Shown: piece by piece, positions 1-10,001 of the stretch
How positions within the stretch are numbered: position 1 is the stretch's first letter
Layout: each line of letters opens with the position of its first letter
Source: a virus
Taxonomy: Duplodnaviria > Caudoviricetes
Strand: one strand, 5' to 3'
DNA length: 53,001 nucleotides
IMG/VR virus record: IMGVR_UViG_3300022933_000007
Location: 1 to 53,001 of that record
Position numbers and translations under genes: made by a program
The notes under the pieces: model-generated
What the model was told of the DNA's origin: nothing
Databases searched by the model: none
Seen by the model: only the letters and a program-made list of their open reading frames with translations

Positions 1-202
1 AATCTCCGTCATTAGTTACAATATTATGAGTATAATTCCAAGTTTTGTCTAAAGTATCCATATTTTGTCTTACAATACAGATGTTATTTGATGGGTCTAA
101 TTCGACACCTCTAGATAAGAAATTAGGTAAGTGGTCTTTCCAAGATTTATGTGCTTCTAGTCTTGCATCGACTGTATCAAAATTTGCTTCTTTAATTTCC
201 AT
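1..202 (-). CDS. Partial virion/tail-associated protein running off the left edge
   Basis: Manual translation from ATG 202 (MEIKEANFDTVDARLEAHKSW...THNIVTNDGD) is open to the window edge; TATA-like TTTATAA about 28 nt upstream; follows the tail module. Confidence 0.55.
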   Translation of the reverse strand, partial: MEIKEANFDTVDARLEAHKSWKDHLPNFLSRGVELDPSNNICIVRQNMDTLDKTWNYTHNIVTNDGD

Positions 203-246
203 CTTGAAATTATATGGTCTATTCTACCTTATAAAGATTACTTTCA

Positions 247-2256
247 CTAAAGGGTTTGAGTTCCTAGTGTTCTCTGGCTGGTTCCCCTCACGACCTCAGT
301 AGTGAACTTGTCCAAGTCATATGAATCAAATTGATGTTCACCACACATCATTGTAGTCTTACCCTCTGGATATAACCATTCAATAGATTTGATTTTAACA
401 CTATCTGGTGACTTTCCAGTAATATAATTGATACCTAGGTTTGAGTTCACTATCTGTACACCATTATTTATACGAATGGAATTTAGTAATGTTGGGGCAA
501 TTACTTTTAATCTCTTGTTTGCATCTTTATTTGCTGCTATATAATTTGTTGCTATGCCGGTTTTATCTGTTATATCAACAACTCCTAAAGCATCAAGTCG
601 TTTTGATTTTCTACCATGTGCAGCAATACTTATATTTTCTACACTTCTTGATAAAAATACGTTTGATGTGTCATCTACAAACTTATATTCTATATCAACA
701 TTATTTGTTCCTGAAGCTGGGGCTGCTCCAAATGTAACTGTCTTATCTCGTCTGGTTACTGTGTAATCTGCATCTGTACTTACTGCTCCTCCTATGGATA
801 TTCTTACTATTGATTCTGGTTCTTTTGCTAATACGAATGCTGTTTGTGCCCCGGTTCCGTTGAATTCTTCTAACCTAGTTCTGTGTATAGCGTCAGATAC
901 TACCTCTAAATCATTAACCATTGTTGAATCATCTTCACCTGTTTCTGTTATTTCATATCTACCATTCTCAAAAAGTATGTTTGTGGTATCACCATCTGAA
1001 ATATCCTCAACAATCAATACTTTTCTTGGCAATGTATAGAATCCATCATTATCAGCTAATAGTAATAATTGTATATTTGCCAAAAGATTTCCAGTTCCTA
1101 TAAAATTTCTAGCCGTTGAAGAGTTTGAAGTTTGACATACAGCATATTCTGAATCAACCTCACTTAAAATCTGATTTAAAATTATTTCAGTTGTAAGTGG
1201 ACTACCTCCAGTAGTCAAAAATATATTATCTTCACCATTACTGCTACCTGATTCATCTCTAGAATCTAATATGTTTTTATTAAGTTCTGTTTCTGCAAAT
1301 ACTTTATTATCTCCCTTGCAGAATATTGTCTTACTATGTGTTTTCTCTTTAATTTTCCACACAATTCCAGAAAATTTCATAGTATGTGGTTGTCTAAAGT
1401 TATTTAACAGTGCTGCTGCATCGATATCTGATAGATTCTCTTTAACATATATTCTTAACATTCCAAATTGTGCGTTTGCTACACCTTTTGCACCTAGATA
1501 ATCTGCTCCAAAGTATGCACTGCCTGTAACAGACAAGTCTGCTGTGTCAGTTACTGATGTTCCCTCCTCTACACCATCTACAAACAGTTGTACTAGTCCT
1601 GCTGAGTCTCTTCTAACACGTATTAAACTCCAATCTAATGATATGTCGGTTGTTCCTGTTATAGTCTGTGTACTTGAGGATGATGTTATGTCTACGTATG
1701 GTACTAATGCTGCTGTTTTTCCTATCTCTATTCCGTCTGTTGCATCTCTTTTGCTGAATAATACTTCTACGGCTGCTGTTTGTTGTATATCTCTTGCCCT
1801 CAAAAATATGTCAAATTCCTTAGTGAAATCTAATACGTTAGGTGTACCTGTTATCTTATGTGTTGTGTTTGCCACGGTTACTTTCTGAGTTGCACCTACA
1901 ATTTTAGTAACAATTGGAACATCATCGACCCATTCCATTGACGCTGCCGATTGAGTTAATGAGGCTGTATGAGTTCCATCATTTCCATCATTTCTATAAC
2001 CAGATTCATCTAATGTATTACAATTAAAATTCCACAAGGCTGCCAAGTTATTAGTTTCAACATCATCTTGAATGTATTTTACTCTGTCTCCTATTTTTAC
2101 TTCTTCTGTCATAGGGATTGTAAATTCTGCTGAATCTACTGCTCTATCTCCGTCCTGTTTAACCCTTGCTCTTAGTATTCTTACTGGAAATCTGTCATCT
2201 ATTACTCCAGATACATATTTCTCTACTAATAATTTAACCTTACCCAGCAGTTTCAC
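247..2256 (-). CDS. Baseplate hub / tail-tip protein with LamG-like (concanavalin A-like) insert
   Basis: 669 aa; position after tape measure and distal tail genes; LAALWNFN...DESG and later beta-rich LamG-type motifs. Confidence 0.6.
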   Translation of the reverse strand: MKLLGKVKLLVEKYVSGVIDDRFPVRILRARVKQDGDRAVDSAEFTIPMTEEVKIGDRVKYIQDDVETNNLAALWNFNCNTLDESGYRNDGNDGTHTASLTQSAASMEWVDDVPIVTKIVGATQKVTVANTTHKITGTPNVLDFTKEFDIFLRARDIQQTAAVEVLFSKRDATDGIEIGKTAALVPYVDITSSSSTQTITGTTDISLDWSLIRVRRDSAGLVQLFVDGVEEGTSVTDTADLSVTGSAYFGADYLGAKGVANAQFGMLRIYVKENLSDIDAAALLNNFRQPHTMKFSGIVWKIKEKTHSKTIFCKGDNKVFAETELNKNILDSRDESGSSNGEDNIFLTTGGSPLTTEIILNQILSEVDSEYAVCQTSNSSTARNFIGTGNLLANIQLLLLADNDGFYTLPRKVLIVEDISDGDTTNILFENGRYEITETGEDDSTMVNDLEVVSDAIHRTRLEEFNGTGAQTAFVLAKEPESIVRISIGGAVSTDADYTVTRRDKTVTFGAAPASGTNNVDIEYKFVDDTSNVFLSRSVENISIAAHGRKSKRLDALGVVDITDKTGIATNYIAANKDANKRLKVIAPTLLNSIRINNGVQIVNSNLGINYITGKSPDSVKIKSIEWLYPEGKTTMMCGEHQFDSYDLDKFTTEVVRGTSQRTLGTQTL

Positions 2257-3052
2257 CCTCTAATATATCAGACCAGTCTCCGTGATTGGTTACTTTAGAG
2301 GCAACTCTTATGTCATATTTTGCACCTGATGTTAATCCACTCAATGTATATTCTGATGATACATTTGGGTCTGTTGTAGCAGTTGCTACATTTGTAAAGA
2401 ATCCTTTACCTTCTTTTCTATGTGCTACTATAGTTCCTGTCAATGTACCGTTTGTTATGCTTGGTTCATTCCATATAAGTTTTATTTCTCCTGAACCATT
2501 GCTTCCACTTTGTGCTAGTCCTGTAGGTTTCTTTGGTACTTTCTCTTCATATGATGTTATTACATCTCCTATTATTAGTGTTGTATTTATTTCCCATGTT
2601 ACAGGTGATGACCCCCCGGATGAGATTGCAAACTTTGTAAAGAATCCTAGTTTCTCATATACAACAGTAGAACCTTCTTTAATTTGAACTCTGTAGTTAT
2701 CCTCTATACTTGATGGTTGGAATGCTCCATCACCGGGCTCGTTCATAAAGTAATTAACCTGTTCAATAGGTTCAGTTATTGTTGAAGCGGCTGGAAATGT
2801 TATTGGTGAAGTTGCCTCATTTTTAATAGTCCATGCAAGTGCCATAGTTGCAGAGTTTCCTTCTATCTTAATAAGTATATTGTCATCTGCTCCTTCTTCA
2901 GGCAATGGCATTGGGGATACAGGAGTGTTCAATGAAATTGTTATGGTTTTAAGATTTGGAACTTTGTATTCTTTTAATATTGAATAGTTACCAGTTGATT
3001 TATCTAACAATACCTTTTGTAAATACACATCTTGTACCTGTCCTATTGTCAT
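2240..3052 (-). CDS. Distal tail (Dit-like) protein with C-terminal fibronectin type III domain
   Basis: FN3 pattern PKKPTGL...IKLIWNEP...YTLSGLTSGAKYDIRVAS; directly downstream of tape measure. Confidence 0.65.
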   Translation of the reverse strand: MTIGQVQDVYLQKVLLDKSTGNYSILKEYKVPNLKTITISLNTPVSPMPLPEEGADDNILIKIEGNSATMALAWTIKNEATSPITFPAASTITEPIEQVNYFMNEPGDGAFQPSSIEDNYRVQIKEGSTVVYEKLGFFTKFAISSGGSSPVTWEINTTLIIGDVITSYEEKVPKKPTGLAQSGSNGSGEIKLIWNEPSITNGTLTGTIVAHRKEGKGFFTNVATATTDPNVSSEYTLSGLTSGAKYDIRVASKVTNHGDWSDILEGETAG

Positions 3053-4305
3053 GTTCTACCTCTCCTACTGTTCACAGATTCTAATACCTCTGTAACACGT
3101 CTTTCAAATGCAGCCATGTCTCCTTCACTTGATATGTTTCCTATGCTTATGTTTACTGTGGTTCCTCCCCCACCTGATTCTCCATTAGGTACAACTGTTT
3201 CAGAACCTCTCTCTCCAAATGTATACATCTGTCCAGATTTACCAATACCAAATATAGGCTCATTGATTTGTCCACCGTCTGCGAATCCCAATACACCTCC
3301 TATACTTCCTCCTATACCCATTATAGCATTATATATCAAATCTTTAATCCAATAACCAACGTCAACCAATTTACCTAATATATCTATTCCTTGAATGGCA
3401 TTCCATATTTTATCTTTAATGGTTTGACCTAACTTATTTAGTTCTGACAAAAAGTCTATTCCTTGTATACCATTATATATTTTCCAGAATATTATTCCCG
3501 GTAAGAAAAGTAAATTCGCAAGCCAGTCAACTTCTAATATTGCATTTACAATTCCATTGAATATGAATCCGGGAAGTTCCCATAATCTAGTTCCTATATT
3601 CAAAGCAAATGATTCTGCAATCTCACCTAGTCCAGACGTAAATCCATCCCAGTTTATTTTTGATAATACTTCAGCAAGAAATAATTGAAATTGTACATAT
3701 GGCATTGCTTTGATATATGTTATTGCACCATCTAATAATTGTGTACCCAATGCTTCCCAATCAAATGTACCATCTAACATACTTAGGACTTGTTCTTGAG
3801 CCCATGCACCTGTTGCATTAATTGCATCTGAAATAAAACCTGATGGGTCTTCCCATAATTCAACTAGACCTCCACCTAAGAAATCTCCAAACTCTCTTGC
3901 TATTGGAAGTATGTCTCTGTAAAATGGTATGATTACCTGTCTTAATAATAATACCACAATTGGTCTTAACATGAATCCTATAAAGTCTCCGATAGGTCTG
4001 AATATCAACATCAATCCAAAGTTCATAAGATTCATTATTTGTTTTAACATTGGTGATGAATCAAATATTAAACTTGTTACCTTTTTAATTAATCCCACTA
4101 AGATTCCTATACCACCTGCAATTCCTGCTAATTTGGCAATTCCACCAATACCCATTTTTTGCATCTGAGCCATCCCTTTACCTAATCCACCTGCTCCCCC
4201 TGAACCAGATGATGAGCCTTTACCACTCATTACTTTTTGTAATTTATTTAGGGAGTCAGAAGATATCTTGAATGATATCTGGACAGCCTGTCCTTGAGCA
4301 GACAT
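3049..4305 (-). CDS. Tail tape measure protein (short, 418 aa)
   Basis: Gly/Ile-rich amphipathic repeats with periodic W/F; C-terminal FADGG...GERGSETVVP...TVNISIG typical of tape measures; follows tail chaperone. Confidence 0.8.
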   Translation of the reverse strand: MSAQGQAVQISFKISSDSLNKLQKVMSGKGSSSGSGGAGGLGKGMAQMQKMGIGGIAKLAGIAGGIGILVGLIKKVTSLIFDSSPMLKQIMNLMNFGLMLIFRPIGDFIGFMLRPIVVLLLRQVIIPFYRDILPIAREFGDFLGGGLVELWEDPSGFISDAINATGAWAQEQVLSMLDGTFDWEALGTQLLDGAITYIKAMPYVQFQLFLAEVLSKINWDGFTSGLGEIAESFALNIGTRLWELPGFIFNGIVNAILEVDWLANLLFLPGIIFWKIYNGIQGIDFLSELNKLGQTIKDKIWNAIQGIDILGKLVDVGYWIKDLIYNAIMGIGGSIGGVLGFADGGQINEPIFGIGKSGQMYTFGERGSETVVPNGESGGGGTTVNISIGNISSEGDMAAFERRVTEVLESVNSRRGRT

Positions 4306-4311
4306 TATATA

Positions 4312-4524
4312 CTATTTCCCCTTGAAAAGATTTTCAACAATTTCATTTATCCTCTCTTGAGATAGCTCAACCGTCCTTTTTAAATATTCTGTTGGTTGCC
4401 TGTCTACCTGTTCTTTATCCCATTTGAAGACTAGGGCACAGAAGACGTAGACTTCATCAGTGATTCTATCGAGTCCTCCCCTGTCATCGCTGTTATCCAC
4501 GGTTTGACTAACTCTTCTAAAGGG
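4312..4524 (-). CDS. -1 frameshift extension of tail assembly chaperone (gpGT-like)
   Basis: The -1 frame is open from the CCCTTTA heptamer to the stop at 4312 and overlaps the end of the chaperone gene. Confidence 0.7.
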   Translation of the reverse strand, partial: PFRRVSQTVDNSDDRGGLDRITDEVYVFCALVFKWDKEQVDRQPTEYLKRTVELSQERINEIVENLFKGK

Positions 4525-4793
4525 AACACTTTCATGACCTCAGACATGATTTTCGTAACTACTTTTGATGGTAATTGATTGAATAGAGTAAGATTCTTTA
4601 CATCTACTGGTGATTTAGTGATACATGCTTGTAATATCATTTGCTGGTATAGTGGTATATTTACTCTGATTGCTTTTGGGTCTGATATGTCTATACATGC
4701 TTTTAGTATTTTTTGTGTATCTCCCCACGTTAAATCATCAATAAATGATACATCTTCATCTACACCTTTAATATTGACTTTAAACTCTGGCAT
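4431..4793 (-). CDS. Tail assembly chaperone (gpG-like)
   Basis: 120 aa between tail tube and tape measure; carries an in-frame slippery heptamer. Confidence 0.75.
   Translation of the reverse strand: MPEFKVNIKGVDEDVSFIDDLTWGDTQKILKACIDISDPKAIRVNIPLYQQMILQACITKSPVDVKNLTLFNQLPSKVVTKIMSEVMKVFPLEELVKPWITAMTGEDSIESLMKSTSSVP
4518..4524 (-). promoter_or_regulatory. Programmed -1 ribosomal frameshift site C CCU UUA
   Basis: X XXY YYZ heptamer in the correct phase (TTC CCT TTA) with an open -1 frame downstream. Confidence 0.7.
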
Positions 4794-4825
4794 TAATAAT
4801 AGTAATAAAACAGAAGTATATAAGT

Positions 4826-5833
4826 CTATGGGGGAGATGCTATGCTGTTGTTTGCTGTGATGTCAACACTTCTTAAAGTCCAAGACAAATCTTCAAAGAC
4901 TGGTTCACCCGGTGAAATTTCTGTTGAATGGTCTGATACACCTACTCCAGTAAAGTCAAGAATAATTGCTTTTTCTGCTGTAGTTGCTAAACCATTTGTT
5001 AATGTAATTTGTAATGTTGCTACACCAGTGTTTGGTGTAGTTCCATCGGCTGCATGGAATACTCTTTCAATTTGAGTCTTGTCTACAACTGCTGTTTTAA
5101 ATTTACCAGACATTTCGAATATTTTTCTGTATGCTCCTACTGCACTGGCAGAACCAATACCATAAAGTAATTCTGTATTCATACCAAAGTTAATTTCAAA
5201 TTCTTGTAATTGTGCTATTACTGTTCCATCAGGTAATTCCATAGTTGCATGTGCAAAAGTATATGGGAATTTAATATCATCTGCTGCAATTGTTGTATCA
5301 ACACTTGTTCCTATTGTGTCTTCATTACCCCATGCTAACTCAGCAGAACATTTTACAGTTTCTCCCAATGAGGCTTTTAAGTTTAATGAATTTAATACAA
5401 CTCCTTTCATATTTCTGACAACATCTTCTGTCTCTGCATCCAAGCCAAATTCCATATGCATTGTGTTAGGAATTACAACACCTGTATTAGAGGCTGTCAA
5501 GTCTGTAGATTTTGATGACCATACGTGTGTATAATCTGAAGCAGAACCTGAAGTGTCTATACCTGCTGAAGCGTCATCATTTTCACCTAACATAAAACCG
5601 AAAATCCAAGGATTAGATAAAACAAATTCTACTGAACCTGTACCTTCATTTTTACCATAAGCAAAACATTGAACTTCAATATCGCCTAACGCTTTTAATG
5701 GGATTTGATTATTTTTCCAAGTAACACCTGATAATTTTTGTTCTAAACCGAAAACTCTAGTCCGTGTGGCTCCTCCACCAAATGTGTTTTCATGTCCATA
5801 TTGCAGATAGCCACTAGAGCCTGTCCTAACTAA
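4826..5833 (-). CDS. Major tail tube protein; N-terminus extends about 80 codons beyond the tracked ORF, without a canonical start codon
   Basis: Frame is open from the in-frame TGA near 5840 (VRTGSSGYLQYGHENTFG...) into the 255-aa tracked ORF; tail-tube-like composition and gene position. Confidence 0.75.
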   Translation of the reverse strand, partial: LVRTGSSGYLQYGHENTFGGGATRTRVFGLEQKLSGVTWKNNQIPLKALGDIEVQCFAYGKNEGTGSVEFVLSNPWIFGFMLGENDDASAGIDTSGSASDYTHVWSSKSTDLTASNTGVVIPNTMHMEFGLDAETEDVVRNMKGVVLNSLNLKASLGETVKCSAELAWGNEDTIGTSVDTTIAADDIKFPYTFAHATMELPDGTVIAQLQEFEINFGMNTELLYGIGSASAVGAYRKIFEMSGKFKTAVVDKTQIERVFHAADGTTPNTGVATLQITLTNGLATTAEKAIILDFTGVGVSDHSTEISPGEPVFEDLSWTLRSVDITANNSIASPP

Positions 5834-5952
5834 GGGTATTCACCATAGGTACTGTATTCTTTTAAAGTATTTAAGTATTCTTGTAGTAGTGATAATCCCA
5901 ATGACACGATTTACAGAGGGTAATTCCGTTACTTATCTCTAATGCTAGGTCG

Positions 5953-6378
5953 TTATGGGTTTAGGATTCTGTATGTGGCTTCCATAACGTATCTGTGCAT
6001 GTTTCTGTAGTTATGACTCAGATTCTTTGTAGAAGTGATTCTTAGGTCTGTATAGCCTGTTCTTCTTACCTGTGCTTTTAGTATTTTGTCTATTTGGTCT
6101 ACTACGTTTCTATGTCTTGTTTCTGTTCCATATCCCCGGATATCGATTATGACTACAGGATAGTGTAAATGGTCTCTACCGTATAAACTAAAGTAATCTA
6201 TCTTCTCATTTCCGGGTGTGAGTACGACTATATCCTGAGTATCATCAATAATACCGGTTGCTTTCTCTTCCCAGTTTACAGTGAATTTAGGCTTTGGAAC
6301 ATCATCGTTATCGTAGTTCCATTCATCATTCATCATGTTAATGATATCGTCAATTGCATCATAAGTTCCTACTCCCAT
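5953..6378 (-). CDS. Putative tail terminator / tail completion protein
   Basis: 141 aa directly upstream of tail tube; size and position typical. Confidence 0.5.
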   Translation of the reverse strand: MGVGTYDAIDDIINMMNDEWNYDNDDVPKPKFTVNWEEKATGIIDDTQDIVVLTPGNEKIDYFSLYGRDHLHYPVVIIDIRGYGTETRHRNVVDQIDKILKAQVRRTGYTDLRITSTKNLSHNYRNMHRYVMEATYRILNP

Positions 6379-7049
6379 TACATTCTACCTCTATCAAGTG
6401 TATGTGAACCGTTATCATAGTTAAGGATTGTGCTGTTCTTTGAGAACGTGACTGAGTTTGGTTGTATTCCTTGTGCTGATATTTTCTCCCTCAATTTCCA
6501 AGATAACCACTTTCTTGCCTTCATTTTTGCTGCCCTTGACCTTTCTGTACCAAAATGATATGAGCCGTCCTTAACTCTCCAATAATTAAAATTGACCATT
6601 CTATCTAAATTAGGTCTCTCTTTTAGATATACATTTCTCATCCAATCAGAAAATCCATCCTTAGTTCCAAATAATGATGCAGTTTGTGGCTTTAATACGT
6701 ATCCAACAATCTCCTCATCTTCTTCTGCTTCCTCTTCATAGTTAGTATCATCTATAAGTTCTCCTCCCGGTGGGGAGCCATACTGTTCTATATCTGCACC
6801 AATTGAATTTTTAATATTAGCAGATTCTACAATTGCACTTATCGCTGCGTCTGTGAAACTCTTTTCATCTGTTGTAAATTCTTTTACTCCACTTGCTACT
6901 GATGATAGTTTGTATAGTGCTTCTCGTAGTCTTCTTTTTCTTTGTCCTTCTTGTCTGGCTGTTGTTGCTTCCCCACGTTTTTCATTAATAGATTGTAAAT
7001 ATCTGTTTGCTTCTTCTTGTAGTTCAGCATCGAATGGTTGAGCGGTCAT
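6378..7049 (-). CDS. Hypothetical neck-region protein
   Basis: 223 aa, translationally coupled to both neighbours. Confidence 0.4.
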   Translation of the reverse strand: MTAQPFDAELQEEANRYLQSINEKRGEATTARQEGQRKRRLREALYKLSSVASGVKEFTTDEKSFTDAAISAIVESANIKNSIGADIEQYGSPPGGELIDDTNYEEEAEEDEEIVGYVLKPQTASLFGTKDGFSDWMRNVYLKERPNLDRMVNFNYWRVKDGSYHFGTERSRAAKMKARKWLSWKLREKISAQGIQPNSVTFSKNSTILNYDNGSHTLDRGRM

Positions 7050-7711
7050 GCAATCGGAATAATCTCTTGACGTTGGTGTATGGTTCTATCTATATCTTCT
7101 TTCCATTGGTTTATTGAATCTCCCCAAGACCATCCACCTGAACCACCTACAGGCAATATGTCTGCTCTAAATGATGTTGATAGTAATTCTACTGCTACCA
7201 TTTTTACACATGCCTCTTCAATGTCTAACGGAACAGTTGTGTCACCATAACGATAAGTAATTCTCATTCTGTTCTTTCTCATTACTGTAAAGATAAATCC
7301 TCTCATGTAAAGTCTTCCATATTCGGGGTCAAGTACAAACCCACCATCAGCATTATCTGTAATATCATTATAGTTTGCAGACCCACCAGTATTCCCTCCA
7401 GAAGCACCATCGTATACTTCAAGTGAATCTCCTGAACTAGATACTAGTCCACCGTTTGCGTCTGTTCTGATTTTTCTATGTCGGAGGAATAAAGGAGTAC
7501 CCCAACCAAATTCATATATAATAGGCATATCATGTACTTCAGTAGTGGCAGTTGCCTCACGCCATGCGTGACCAGTTCTTCTGTCTATTTCATCTTCTTT
7601 TCTGTTGATTAGTTTAATTACTTGTGCTTTGTTTGGTGTGGTTGTGTCTGTTATATCTACCCTCAAAAAATCTGCAACATCTTGCACAGTACAGTAGACA
7701 GGAGTAACCAT
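7046..7711 (-). CDS. Head-tail adaptor (gp6/gp15-like)
   Basis: YCTVQDVADFL...IDRRTGHAW...ITYRYG...VPLDIEEACVKMVA pattern. Confidence 0.75.
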   Translation of the reverse strand: MVTPVYCTVQDVADFLRVDITDTTTPNKAQVIKLINRKEDEIDRRTGHAWREATATTEVHDMPIIYEFGWGTPLFLRHRKIRTDANGGLVSSSGDSLEVYDGASGGNTGGSANYNDITDNADGGFVLDPEYGRLYMRGFIFTVMRKNRMRITYRYGDTTVPLDIEEACVKMVAVELLSTSFRADILPVGGSGGWSWGDSINQWKEDIDRTIHQRQEIIPIA

Positions 7712-7776
7712 ATGCTTAAATATGTGCTCCTATCTTTTAAAGTTTGCTCTAGTAACTAAACATGTATTACCTTACT

Positions 7777-7860
7777 TCAAGCTGATTTTATTGCTTCTTG
7801 CCCGGCAGAACTTGATGCTAGTTCATTAAATTTGCCTGTATCTAAAGTGCCTAAACCCAT
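7777..7860 (-). CDS. Possible 27-aa peptide
   Basis: ATG immediately after the upstream stop; MGLGTLDTGKFNELASSSAGQEAIKSA. Confidence 0.3.
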   Translation of the reverse strand: MGLGTLDTGKFNELASSSAGQEAIKSA

Positions 7861-8277
7861 CTAAGATTCGCCACGGTGATATATGTCTAATACACCTTGA
7901 CTTGACCCAACGGCTGCTTTGATTCTAACAACACATCTATTATAAGGATTGTCTAAAGTCTCTATTACAGGTGCTGCGGCTGCTGTTAATGTCGTTTCTG
8001 CTTTTATTTGTACCCAGCCATTTCCATAATCTGTGGCATCTGTACCGGTCATATCAGTGTGGTCTGGTAACCAATCTGCTGTTGCCCAAATTTCATATTT
8101 TAAATCATTTGTAATACAATATAATGTAAATACTGAAGTTCTGACATTTCTACAGTCAATATCTAAACATGTTGCATAAGCGTCAGTTGATGTTAATGCT
8201 AAATTTCTATTATGTAGCCCAACTATTGAACTTCCATCATTTGTGGTTTTCTCTCTACGTTGGTCTTCCTGAGCCAT
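7861..8277 (-). CDS. Putative virion structural protein
   Basis: 138 aa beta-rich ORF in head module with its own TATA box. Confidence 0.45.
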   Translation of the reverse strand: MAQEDQRREKTTNDGSSIVGLHNRNLALTSTDAYATCLDIDCRNVRTSVFTLYCITNDLKYEIWATADWLPDHTDMTGTDATDYGNGWVQIKAETTLTAAAAPVIETLDNPYNRCVVRIKAAVGSSQGVLDIYHRGES

Positions 8278-8340
8278 ACGTAATTATGTATAGTCTACCT
8301 TATAAAGTTATTGGAAAAAAAGAAAAAAGGGTGTAAAAAA

Positions 8341-8709
8341 CTAAAATCCTACTACTCGTAGTTTACAGGTCATAGTGATAGAGTCGGCATCATCTGCTTC
8401 ATCGAGGACTGCACTTGCAGTTCCTGATTCATATAGTTTTAGCTTCCCTGTTGCTGCTGCACCTAGGGCTGCTGGAACGTATTGGGGTATATTGCCTGTT
8501 GAAACCTCTAGAACTGTTACTGCAATAATTGTAGTGAGTCTGCCGTCTAGGGTTAAATCTAGGACGTTTCCTGCAATATCGTAATCTTCTGATGTATAGG
8601 TTACGTCTACAATTGCTGTTTTGAGTTTGGATAATAGTTCTGCTTGTATGGATAGTGTTTTCCCGGTTACTGATTGGTAATCGGAATTCACTGCGATTGC
8701 GAGAGTCAT
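8341..8709 (-). CDS. Putative capsid decoration/cement protein
   Basis: 122 aa Ala/Thr-rich ORF directly after major capsid gene; own promoter and T-rich terminator. Confidence 0.5.
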   Translation of the reverse strand: MTLAIAVNSDYQSVTGKTLSIQAELLSKLKTAIVDVTYTSEDYDIAGNVLDLTLDGRLTTIIAVTVLEVSTGNIPQYVPAALGAAATGKLKLYESGTASAVLDEADDADSITMTCKLRVVGF

Positions 8710-8774
8710 TAAAATATGTGGAAAGTCATTATATATAAAGATTTAAAAAAATGAAAAAGTGGGAATTGGTTCGA

Positions 8775-10001
8775 CTAAAGTTTAATGTCTCTAATCTTGC
8801 CTTGTGATTTAAAGTGTCTACAGACAGTTTCTCCCATTGTTCTGAACAATGCTTTCTCAACAAGTGTGTTACTGTTGATAAATGGATAACCCGGAGTACG
8901 TCTTGTGGCTTCGTAATACTCGGTTGGAATTGCGACTTGAATTCCTAATCTAGGATAACCAAATCCTTCTGCATCAGAAGTATCTAATGCAAATAGTCTA
9001 CCGACTTCAGTTCCTCCAGTAGTTGGAGCATCTTTGGTTGGTACAAATGGTATGCCGTAGAGTGAGTTTACGTGGATACCTACACCAGTTCCATCGAATG
9101 TTTTGATTCCGTTAACATCGACTTGTACAATCTTCTCACCGTATGGGTTTGCGACCCTGACTTGTGGAAGGTATAAGCCTTGAATTTCGGAGTAAACTTC
9201 GTGGCTTCCTAAGAATACATTTGGGTCTTTACCAGCAGCAATTCTGATTTTTCTGAGGTGAGTTCTAATTACATCATCAGTTAAGACACCATCAGTACCT
9301 AAAGTACCGGATGCTGATTCAACTGTTGCATCGTAAGTAGTTCCACTATCTCTGTCAATTGCAGAGGTAGTTGCTTTCCAAGGGTCATAATAGTCTGTGT
9401 ATGTACCGCCTTGTGAGTCTTCTTCAGCATCGGAAGAAATAATTCTATCCAATGATTCAAAGTCATTAGTACCGGCAAAGTTTGCACTTGCAGCAGCAGC
9501 GTCAGTTGCTACATCATTCAAGAGAGCTTGATTGATGAGTTCTTTGTGCTGTACAGCCATATACAATCTTAATGAACCGAGTCCACCCCAAATATCGTCT
9601 TTACTGTGATTTGAGAGCCATTCCATAACTTCAGATGTACTGAAAGTTAGTGCCATAGTCTTTGGTCTAACATCAATCTCAGCAATTGTAGGCTTGATTG
9701 TGTCAGGAATTACACCACCTTCTGCGACACCACCTTTAGAGGTGTTGCCTTGTGCTGTATCGACTGTTGGTCTTGCGGAAATAACCCTCCATCCAGATTT
9801 ATCCCAAGGATATTTTGGTAAGATACCGAAAGCGTTTGCTTCAAGATTTAATTGTGCCCATGCATATGCACCAAAGACTGCGTTGAAAACGCCTCCTGTT
9901 GATGTTAACATTGGGTTGTTGGTCTTGGAGATTAAGCTTCGGCTAAATCCACCGTAGTATAGAGACTCTAATTCGTCCATAGTTCTAATGCCGTTCACCA
10001 T
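8775..10001 (-). CDS. Major capsid protein (HK97 fold)
   Basis: 408 aa after protease and scaffold; FNAVFGAYAWAQLNLEANAFGILPK.PW..SGWRV and C-terminal QGKIRDIK resemble archaeal tailed-virus capsid proteins. Confidence 0.88.
   Translation of the reverse strand: MVNGIRTMDELESLYYGGFSRSLISKTNNPMLTSTGGVFNAVFGAYAWAQLNLEANAFGILPKYPWDKSGWRVISARPTVDTAQGNTSKGGVAEGGVIPDTIKPTIAEIDVRPKTMALTFSTSEVMEWLSNHSKDDIWGGLGSLRLYMAVQHKELINQALLNDVATDAAAASANFAGTNDFESLDRIISSDAEEDSQGGTYTDYYDPWKATTSAIDRDSGTTYDATVESASGTLGTDGVLTDDVIRTHLRKIRIAAGKDPNVFLGSHEVYSEIQGLYLPQVRVANPYGEKIVQVDVNGIKTFDGTGVGIHVNSLYGIPFVPTKDAPTTGGTEVGRLFALDTSDAEGFGYPRLGIQVAIPTEYYEATRRTPGYPFINSNTLVEKALFRTMGETVCRHFKSQGKIRDIKL

Noticed and set aside
441-5534. 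Numerous plus-strand ORFs over the tail module (likewise over capsid, MCM and TerL)
   Set aside because: Antisense shadows of well-supported minus-strand genes
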